Below, piece by piece: positions 27,143-34,414 of a stretch of DNA of 64,000 nt (positions are counted from its first letter, which is position 1; each line of letters begins with the position of its first letter). The translations under genes were made by a program, and so were the position numbers. The stretch is taken from IMG/VR virus record IMGVR_UViG_3300032397_000006, positions 40,086 to 104,085 of that record; one strand, given 5' to 3'. The stretch comes from a virus. The notes below the pieces were generated by a model, which was not told the origin of the DNA, ran no database searches, and saw only the letters and a program-made list of their open reading frames with translations.

Positions 27143-28735
27143 TCAGAATAATGGAGCGTCCTCAACAACCTCGCTATCGCCTAGCAGCACAGACTCCCAA
27201 TTTTCGCCCAACACCTCGTCATCATCGTCCGCGTCCGCATCATCGAACGCAAAACCGAACCCACCCAGACGGGACGCCTCGGTCGCGATCCACCACGCCA
27301 TAACGGTGTCATCATGCGATCCAACGCCCTGCAATTTACCGTCGATATAACCGAATTGTCGCGACTCCTGAATCCATATATCGGTCTGCACGATGCTGTA
27401 CTCGTCGCCCCTAGGGATCACGAGCTTACGATTCTCGAGCAGTAGCCGCTGACCAGGCACGCCTCGATCAAGCGGGTATTTGTTCGTCGCAAGCGTCACG
27501 AATTCCTTGATCGGTAAATCCGTTTCACGACGCAGCTCCGAACTGTAGAGCTGCTGCATAGCGTTCGACTCGATCAAAATCAGCGCCGGATCGTAAAGCT
27601 GCGCAGCGAGCTCGATCTCATGCAACTGCGCGCGGAACGGAAGCCCTTTGCTACGCCGAATATCGAGCACGTATTGATTACCCTTACGATCGCGCCCGAT
27701 CACGAAGATCACAAAGTAGTCGGCGCCTACGCTCGCACTGCGTGCGATATCCACGCCGAAATAAACAGTAAGGCCGTGCGCCTGAATCTCCGCCTTCGAC
27801 ATGCGCAAGCGCAAAGTATCGTCAAAGCACGGCGGAAACAGATGCTCAGGAAAGATCGAGACGTCATCAGAGATCGGTTCGCACATAATCTCGCGAGCAA
27901 AGGAAACGCTCCCGATTTCAGCACGCCTTGCTTTCAGCTGCGGGAGCGTCCAGCGATAAGGGAACAGCGCGCGCTCAGTACCATCAGAAGATCGAACGAT
28001 GCCTGGAAATTTCGCGAACACGTAAGAGCGATTCTTACGCAGGTACCCGTAAAGATCATTCGAGCTAAACGGCGTACCTACCACGACCAGCTGCCCGTCA
28101 GGCGGCACCATGTTAGTTATGGCGCTCTTAAAATATTCGATATTCTTTCGCCGTACCGTCTCGCTCCACATATCCTCGTCGTTAATCGGATCGTCGAGCA
28201 CGACGTACTTAGGATGCCGTCCGCGCATGGCTTTACCGTAGCCGGCCACTCGGATACGCGAGCCGTTGGTAAATCGAGCGTCGCTCCTATTCAGACGCAA
28301 ACGGGGATCACTGCGGTGAAAGCCGACGCGCTCAGGTACCATTTTCGCAACGAGCGGAATATCGACCATTCCTTTCAGGTTGTTGCGCCCGTAAAGAATA
28401 ATGTCTAGGAATTCCTGCGCCTGCTCGAGCGTGTTCGAAAAGACGTAGACCTCGCAGCCTGGCTCACGCCATGCACGCCAGATTGGATACGCGTACGAAA
28501 AGAACGCGGATTTTCCGTGGTCCCGAGCTGCGTTCAGTCCGATCCTGTTCTGCGCTGAAACGAGGTCGGACCACGCCACAATATGCGGGCCGATCTCGAG
28601 ATTAAGCACCTCTTTTGAAAACAGGGCTAAATCCGTACGCAGCAAAGCTTCGAATAACTGAGCTCGATCCTTCTCGTCCAGCGACTCGTACAGCTCTGTG
28701 AAATAAGCCTCATCCCGAGCACTCACGGCGAGCAA
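27143..28735 (-). CDS. terL: Terminase large subunit
   Basis: AARDHGKS Walker A, RGRHP..VVLDDP, VVGTP, nuclease GVDIA..D..V, IESN, HDDTVMA; start may be GTG 28726. Confidence 0.92.
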   Translation of the reverse strand: MLAVSARDEAYFTELYESLDEKDRAQLFEALLRTDLALFSKEVLNLEIGPHIVAWSDLVSAQNRIGLNAARDHGKSAFFSYAYPIWRAWREPGCEVYVFSNTLEQAQEFLDIILYGRNNLKGMVDIPLVAKMVPERVGFHRSDPRLRLNRSDARFTNGSRIRVAGYGKAMRGRHPKYVVLDDPINDEDMWSETVRRKNIEYFKSAITNMVPPDGQLVVVGTPFSSNDLYGYLRKNRSYVFAKFPGIVRSSDGTERALFPYRWTLPQLKARRAEIGSVSFAREIMCEPISDDVSIFPEHLFPPCFDDTLRLRMSKAEIQAHGLTVYFGVDIARSASVGADYFVIFVIGRDRKGNQYVLDIRRSKGLPFRAQLHEIELAAQLYDPALILIESNAMQQLYSSELRRETDLPIKEFVTLATNKYPLDRGVPGQRLLLENRKLVIPRGDEYSIVQTDIWIQESRQFGYIDGKLQGVGSHDDTVMAWWIATEASRLGGFGFAFDDADADDDDEVLGENWESVLLGDSEVVEDAPLF

Positions 28736-28959
28736 TCCCCTCTGCGAAATCTAACCGCGCAAATGTCAGAGCAAACTTCAAAGTGCCCAATCCACCCGGG
28801 TAGCGAGAACGCACGCCACGGCAATCGCAGCGGCACGTCGACCTCAAGGCAGATAGAAGCACCGCAGCAGTCGCAACGATACAAGATCAGCTTGCCTATT
28901 TCACGGTGCACCACACCGCGAACGTAACACGTAAGGGCTCCTCGCAAGTTCGAGGACAT
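28723..28959 (-). CDS. Small Cys-rich protein
   Basis: YRCDCCG...VCSDIC. Confidence 0.4.
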   Translation of the reverse strand: MSSNLRGALTCYVRGVVHREIGKLILYRCDCCGASICLEVDVPLRLPWRAFSLPGWIGHFEVCSDICAVRFRRGDCSP

Positions 28960-29072
28960 GCGAGGAGCGCGGACACGGCAGCAAGCAATAAAGCTTACCA
29001 GCGGCGGGACCGCTGATTTACCGCTATGTCTACGCTGGGCAGTCTAGCCCGGGACTACGCCAGTACAGAAAC

Positions 29073-29252
29073 TCATTTCCAGAACGCGACAGCCTGGCAG
29101 CTCGTGCAGAAGTAGGGACCTCGACCGTCCCGACTCTTAGGCGGGATCACCTTGCTCCGGCAGCACGGGGATATGTTCCGAGCGATCGCTATGCGTCTCT
29201 GCTTCTCAGCTGCCTGCGCGGCAACATCGTCTTGCTGCTCCACACTTTGCAT
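29073..29252 (-). CDS. Small zinc-ribbon protein (below ORF-track cut-off)
   Basis: Manual translation MQSVEQQ...SPCCRSK...GPYFCTSCQAVAFWK. Confidence 0.45.
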   Translation of the reverse strand: MQSVEQQDDVAAQAAEKQRRIAIARNISPCCRSKVIPPKSRDGRGPYFCTSCQAVAFWK

Positions 29253-29282
29253 GCGCCTTATTACCCTTATCGCTGCGTGCAG

Positions 29283-29489
29283 TCAAACAACACGATCTGC
29301 GCACGCGGGAGTGTCGACGCGCAGGCTCCAAACAATTTCGCTCGTCCAGTAGCAGCGCACCTCGAGCGACTCTGCATTGGCAGCAAACGATCGCAAGCAT
29401 GCTTTCGCCGCAGAAAGCGTCGCGAAAGGTGCCGCTGCTACGTAGCCGTCTACCTCGGCTATATAGCGATATTCGATCAGCTGGCCCAT
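29283..29489 (-). CDS. Hypothetical protein
   Basis: Short ORF in a minus-strand run. Confidence 0.4.
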   Translation of the reverse strand: MGQLIEYRYIAEVDGYVAAAPFATLSAAKACLRSFAANAESLEVRCYWTSEIVWSLRVDTPACADRVV

Positions 29490-29519
29490 GGGGGATAAAC
29501 ATAGCAGGCCAACCGGGCT

Positions 29520-29708
29520 TTATCCAACGCAACGCCAACGGCGCGACACCCTATCGAACGAAACACGCCCTGATTTTTTCAGCCGGCGAAGCGCGAGATC
29601 GATTTCGTTGTCCGCAAATGGGCCCACCTCCAATCGAACACGACTTAGCGTCGTGCCCAATTTTCCAGCTTCCTTGATCACCCGTGCGACCCGTTCCTCG
29701 TCTAGCAT
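29520..29708 (-). CDS. Small winged-helix-like protein
   Basis: EIDLALRRLKKSGRVSFD...RRW; RBS GGAGTG. Confidence 0.55.
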   Translation of the reverse strand: MLDEERVARVIKEAGKLGTTLSRVRLEVGPFADNEIDLALRRLKKSGRVSFDRVSRRWRCVG

Positions 29709-29802
29709 TTATCACTCCGTAACGTAACTGCGCGCGGCACCGAGCACACACGGCCAAACGCGCGGTGTGTACCAGGCGCCGCGTACGGCGCGCAAGCATT
29801 CC

Positions 29803-30171
29803 TCAGCCTAGCCGCTTCCCGCCGTGCCGATACGATCGCGTCGCATTAAACGCGATCTTCTCAGCGAGCACAGGAGCAAGGATCAAACCTCGCGAAACGG
29901 CTGTGCTTGCTACGCGTAGCAGGACGTCCGCCAATTCAGAGCGCACCCCCTCAGGACCGCGATCAGACGACAACCGATCTGCAAATCCGAGCTCGCGATA
30001 CGCCTCGAGCGCTTCGCTACACTCGGAATGCAACAGCGCCACCTGATCTCCGAACGTAAGCGGCTGATCGTACCATCCGCGCGCACGAGCTTCCTCGTAG
30101 ACAAGGATCGCAAATCGATCGAACGCTTCTCCGAATTCAAGTGCCGCTGCTAGCGTGGCCTCCGAAATCAC
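29803..30171 (-). CDS. MazG-like NTP pyrophosphohydrolase
   Basis: ALLHSECSEALEAYR...SELADVLLR...EKIAFNATRSYRHGGK. Confidence 0.85.
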   Translation of the reverse strand: MISEATLAAALEFGEAFDRFAILVYEEARARGWYDQPLTFGDQVALLHSECSEALEAYRELGFADRLSSDRGPEGVRSELADVLLRVASTAVSRGLILAPVLAEKIAFNATRSYRHGGKRLG

Positions 30172-30803
30172 GCAGACGGGCTGCCGTGGAAGTCGACGAA
30201 GCCCCCCTCAAATTTCAGACGAAGCCCACCACCTTCGATCAACTCGACAGCGGCACCTTCGGCACGCAGCCTGTGCCCGCCAAGGGCCATCATGAATCCG
30301 GGGACCGCGATCGACGTCGCAATCGACGCCTTCGCGGGCTTTTCGACACGCACCTTAGGTGCGGCAGCCTTAGCCGGGGACGCGGGAGACGCCTCGATTT
30401 TCGCGGGAGCCTCGGCTGTTCGCAACTTCGGCGGACGTCCGCGACGCTTCGGTGCGGCAGCCGCAAGCTCGGAATGATGCCCGTTGCCGTTGCTGTGCCC
30501 GTTGCCGTTAGAAGCTGCGGCAGCCTTCGGCGGACGTCCGCGACGCTTCGGCGCGACAGCCGCAGGCGCAGCGGACGCTGCAGACGCAGCCGCCTTCGGA
30601 GGCCTGCCCCGACGCTTCGGCGCCGCGGCCCCATCGTCCGAAACAGCGGGTAGCTTTTGCTGCGCCGCAAGGCCCAGCGCAAACATACGCACCTGCACTG
30701 CGGTCGGCGTGCGACCAAGAGTGCTTGCGATCTGCTCATAAGACTGTCCGGCCGCGAGCCCTTCGCGCACCGCAGCATCATCCGTTGAATTCCACTCAGC
30801 CAT
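30168..30803 (-). CDS. HTH plus three AT-hook DNA-binding protein
   Basis: WNSTDD..GQSYEQIASTLGRTPTAV; PKRRGRPPK x3. Confidence 0.8.
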   Translation of the reverse strand: MAEWNSTDDAAVREGLAAGQSYEQIASTLGRTPTAVQVRMFALGLAAQQKLPAVSDDGAAAPKRRGRPPKAAASAASAAPAAVAPKRRGRPPKAAAASNGNGHSNGNGHHSELAAAAPKRRGRPPKLRTAEAPAKIEASPASPAKAAAPKVRVEKPAKASIATSIAVPGFMMALGGHRLRAEGAAVELIEGGGLRLKFEGGFVDFHGSPSA

Positions 30804-30950
30804 TTTTTCGTCCCCTTATCCGCAACTCAGGGACGATCCCCCGTCCGGAAGGTTGCGCTAGCGCGAAGCTCGATAATTCAGCGCGCCGTGTATTCCTATC
30901 ACGTTAACTGCGGCCCTAATGAAAATCAAGCTACGCGTGTCTTTTGCGCG

Positions 30951-31328
30951 CTAGTGCAACTGCGAATTCGTAGGTAGCGCAAACAAAGCCTCCCGCAGCC
31001 CAGGGGGGAGATCTGAAAGTAACGCGGGCTGTGAGTCGAGCATGCGAACGACCTCCGCCAACGTATCGGCCTCGTCGACATCCGCGCAGTTTTCGACCAG
31101 TCGCGCAAACGCTACCGCTCTAACAAGGCCAACGACGACAGCCAGATAAGGCGCACGCGCTCCAATTGCCACGTGCACGTGTCCGTGCGCGCACACCGAA
31201 AGATCAACAGTGAGGGTCTCAAGTTCCACACTCACGTAAATCGGCACTCTCGACATGCAGGGCGCAAGCTGCTGCAGCAACGCAGGCACACCCAGCGAAT
31301 CCCAGAAAATAGATCTGCCCTTACTCAC
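30951..31328 (-). CDS. Hypothetical protein
   Basis: Overlaps the MTase stop. Confidence 0.5.
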   Translation of the reverse strand: MSKGRSIFWDSLGVPALLQQLAPCMSRVPIYVSVELETLTVDLSVCAHGHVHVAIGARAPYLAVVVGLVRAVAFARLVENCADVDEADTLAEVVRMLDSQPALLSDLPPGLREALFALPTNSQLH

Positions 31329-32106
31329 GCAGGCACCCGGAGCGCGGCTTGGTCACGAATGGTGTTTTCGAGGCGCGAGGCAACACGCTGTGCGGACGCG
31401 CGTGGTCAATCGTCAATTGCGCAAGTGCTGCCACCTCAGGATCAATCTCGTAACCAAGGCCTGCACGTCCGAGCTCTGCCGCAGCTAATAACGTCGAACC
31501 GCCTCCCGCAAAGGGATCAAGGATCAGTTCCCCGGGTTGCGTGAAGTCAGCGATCAGCTGGCGCATCAGAGACGCGGGCTTCTGCGTGGAGTGCCGCCGA
31601 TAGCGACGCTCGGCCGCGTCTCGGTAGACGCCAGCCATGCCGCGGCAGTTCCAGATACTGCGCTCTTGCCCTGCCCATACGGCGACGATCGCCTCTGCTG
31701 CTGCCGCGGGCCCGTCCCCTGAAAATTTAGGCGCTACGTTCGGCTTTACCCAAACCATCGTAGTTCGGCGCCGAGCTCCCGCAGCCAGTAGCAACTTTTG
31801 CCAGGCGGCAACTCCCTCGAGAGCGCTAAACACGAGGATCCACCCACGGCTCAGTCGCACAAACTCATGCGCGCACGCAAACCGCTCAGCCTCCGTAATT
31901 GCCGCAAACGGCATAGCCGGCTTAACGATTACGCCTCCATTGTAAGATCGCCTGTTCCCCGGAGCGTGCACGAACTCCTCGTAAGGCGGATCAGTGATCA
32001 CGTGATTCACGCTCTTGTCCGCAAGCTGCGTGAGCCCGCGGGCAGGATCGAAACACGACAGCGGGTGCACGATGCTATTCACAACCCGAGCACCTGATAC
32101 TGCCAC
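31321..32106 (-). CDS. N4/N6 DNA methyltransferase (beta class)
   Basis: VITDPPY, HSTQKP, ILDPFAGGGST, GYEID. Confidence 0.9.
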   Translation of the reverse strand: MAVSGARVVNSIVHPLSCFDPARGLTQLADKSVNHVITDPPYEEFVHAPGNRRSYNGGVIVKPAMPFAAITEAERFACAHEFVRLSRGWILVFSALEGVAAWQKLLLAAGARRRTTMVWVKPNVAPKFSGDGPAAAAEAIVAVWAGQERSIWNCRGMAGVYRDAAERRYRRHSTQKPASLMRQLIADFTQPGELILDPFAGGGSTLLAAAELGRAGLGYEIDPEVAALAQLTIDHARPHSVLPRASKTPFVTKPRSGCLRE

Positions 32107-32363
32107 TCCTCGACCGCGCAGACCTCAGCCTCTGAAACTTGATCCGGGTAGCGAAACGCTTTCAGCTCCACCACATCCATCTCAATGCCCTGATCTTGCG
32201 GCTTGCTCACGACCGAAATCAAACCAGGCTCACGCGCGCACACGCGGGCAATCTGTTTGCCGTCCACCTCGACGATCACCGTGATCGATTTCGCTGCGTC
32301 TAAGCCAGCACCTTCAATCACGTAACGGCGTCGCTGAAAATACGCACGTGTCCACTCAGTCAT
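32079..32363 (-). CDS. Hypothetical protein
   Basis: Coupled ORF. Confidence 0.5.
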   Translation of the reverse strand: MTEWTRAYFQRRRYVIEGAGLDAAKSITVIVEVDGKQIARVCAREPGLISVVSKPQDQGIEMDVVELKAFRYPDQVSEAEVCAVEEWQYQVLGL

Positions 32364-32869
32364 CAGTGCCCCTTCACCTGCCAGAACTCATTCATAGCCT
32401 GCCCGCACGGGATTTGCGTCCAGCCTGCACGCACAGCGCGCTCGTGATCCCCGCGGGAGTCTCCCCAATGGTCAGGATCGCATGCCGCGCGCACGCGCCC
32501 GTCGACGATCTCTGTCGCATGCGCAAGCATGGATAGCCACTTACCGCGGTGCTTTTCCCAATCCACAGTATTGGGCCACGACGACGGCTTATTACCCTGT
32601 GCGTCCAGCTCCTCAAGCCACGCACGATTCGCGGCAATCTTGCTGTAACGCTCAAGCATTTGTTCGTAGTAGGTGTGGCTTTCCATATCGGCTCGCTTTT
32701 GCACCACGGCATGAATCGCTGCACAGTCGTCTGTGATTTTCCAGCCCGCTTCTTTTACGCAAGTGCGAGCTAGCAATAGTGCCGCCTGCAATCTCGACGC
32801 GGGCGGTAAAGCTCGAGCGGGAGACACACTGGCAAGTAGCACAAGACAGATCAATAGTGTTTTCGGCAT
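32363..32869 (-). CDS. Secreted SleB/Hydrolase_2-like cell wall hydrolase (putative)
   Basis: Signal peptide; LLARTCVKEAG...AIHAVVQKR...DHWG...NEFW. Confidence 0.5.
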   Translation of the reverse strand: MPKTLLICLVLLASVSPARALPPASRLQAALLLARTCVKEAGWKITDDCAAIHAVVQKRADMESHTYYEQMLERYSKIAANRAWLEELDAQGNKPSSWPNTVDWEKHRGKWLSMLAHATEIVDGRVRAACDPDHWGDSRGDHERAVRAGWTQIPCGQAMNEFWQVKGH

Positions 32870-33097
32870 TCAGTCCTCATCTTCGAAGAACCGAGGATAA
32901 CTGCGCGAGTCAGCTGCCCCCGGCTCCTCCGGTTGTTGTGCTCGCCGCTGTTCTAAAACAACAGCGAAGCCCTCCGTTGTCGCTGAAAAATGGATCGGCG
33001 CGTAGCCTTCCATAGCAGCCTTGTTTAGCCCAGAGATAAGTGCACGGAAACCATCGCTCGATAAATTATGCCAAGCTCCCGCATATCTCGGTTTCAC
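32870..33097 (-). CDS. Hypothetical protein
   Basis: Coupled ORF. Confidence 0.45.
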   Translation of the reverse strand: MKPRYAGAWHNLSSDGFRALISGLNKAAMEGYAPIHFSATTEGFAVVLEQRRAQQPEEPGAADSRSYPRFFEDED

Positions 33098-33861
33098 TCG
33101 TCATCTCCCGATCGGCGCTCCGCATTAATCACGATCTCCGGTTGATCGTTTAGTTCGGGCTGCCGACGGCGCACGAGAACACGCGCCATAGCGCGCAGAT
33201 CCTCTGAGCTCATTGCGCTAACGCCACCGCTCTCGTGCGCGTCTACGTCAGGAAGGCGTTCATTCGCGCCAGCAGAGCGCTCGATCGCCTCTCCTCGCTT
33301 CAACATGATTTGCTTATCTAGCGCGATAAAAGCGGCAACAAACCGATCCAGCGACGGCATGCGCAAACCGTACATAGGAAGCCCTGCCAAAGGATTAGGC
33401 TCGTTATCCTCGAGAAACTCCGGATGCAGCTTGATCGCGCCGCCTCGCGAGGTCAGCGGGAATAGGTAGCGCGCCATATTATCGCGGGCGCTTTCCATCG
33501 CCTCAATCTCAGAAACACGTTGATTCGCGATTTGCTCGGCACGCTTCGCCAGAATCCGAGCCTCGATCTGGCTCCACCACTGCGCGCGCCGATCCTGCCA
33601 CTTACCGTCATTCGCCCAATTGTAAAACGTGGTCGTTGACACGTGCTTACGCCACGGGCGATCCAGCCTGGAGTAATGCTCCAACACGCTGCGTTGCTCT
33701 GGATCCGTGACGAAATCAATCGTCGCCATTTCGCGAAGGCGTGGGCCTGTAATCGGAGCATCAGGCCGCACCTCTAACTGCAGCGGTACACCCGACTCGA
33801 TCACAGTCGCTTCAGCGACACGCATAGCCCGCGCACGCTTTAACGGCTTCGGCTTAGTCAC
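33094..33861 (-). CDS. HTH protein, candidate terminase small subunit
   Basis: VSTTTFYNWANDGKW HTH-like, coiled coil, C-terminal MSSEDLRA; GTG start 33861. Confidence 0.4.
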   Translation of the reverse strand: MTKPKPLKRARAMRVAEATVIESGVPLQLEVRPDAPITGPRLREMATIDFVTDPEQRSVLEHYSRLDRPWRKHVSTTTFYNWANDGKWQDRRAQWWSQIEARILAKRAEQIANQRVSEIEAMESARDNMARYLFPLTSRGGAIKLHPEFLEDNEPNPLAGLPMYGLRMPSLDRFVAAFIALDKQIMLKRGEAIERSAGANERLPDVDAHESGGVSAMSSEDLRAMARVLVRRRQPELNDQPEIVINAERRSGDDE

Positions 33862-34414
33862 GACGACACGTCTGTAGCAAAGTGCGGAGTACGTCTGAGT
33901 CCCGTGCCGCAAGCACGCTCGCAGCGGCGTCGTAGCAATGCTCGCGCTTCCCCCGAGGTACCCGCGCGACCTCCACATCAATGCCGGACATGCGAGCAGC
34001 TACACCGCGGGCGACGTCTTCTTTCGAGGCACTCTTATTCGAGGCCACTGCGAGCTTGATAGCCTGCGGAGAAATCGAAACGATCGGCAACGAAAAGCGC
34101 TCGGCTTGTGCGGCAATTACTCCCCACGACATCGCCATTTTCGCAGCCACGCTCGAGCTCCGCGGAAAGCTCATAGCCTCGAGACACAAAGCAAGCGGCG
34201 TAAAGGCCTCGATCAATTCGCGGAGCAACGCTGCTATTTCTCGCGCCCTTCGCACGTTGTCATGCGCTGCGTACGTGTTCTGTTTTTTGTCGGCTTTCTC
34301 TGTGCTGATCAGACCAGCCAACACCGCGCGAGGCTGCACGTCAAATAGGTCCACGACAGCCCACCCGAAATTGGCAAACCCCGGATCGATGCCTATGACA
34401 CGCAGCGCTTTCAT
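33854..34414 (-). CDS. ruvC: RuvC-like Holliday junction resolvase
   Basis: VIGIDPG...GWAVV, LEA, PQAIKLAV...ASKEDV, HCYDAAA. Confidence 0.9.
   Translation of the reverse strand: MKALRVIGIDPGFANFGWAVVDLFDVQPRAVLAGLISTEKADKKQNTYAAHDNVRRAREIAALLRELIEAFTPLALCLEAMSFPRSSSVAAKMAMSWGVIAAQAERFSLPIVSISPQAIKLAVASNKSASKEDVARGVAARMSGIDVEVARVPRGKREHCYDAAASVLAARDSDVLRTLLQTCRRD

Noticed and set aside
28960-29250. Possible ncRNA or tRNA in an apparent gap
   Set aside because: Most of it is explained by a 59-aa Zn-ribbon ORF. I saw no tRNA or rRNA signature here or elsewhere, but no covariance search was run.
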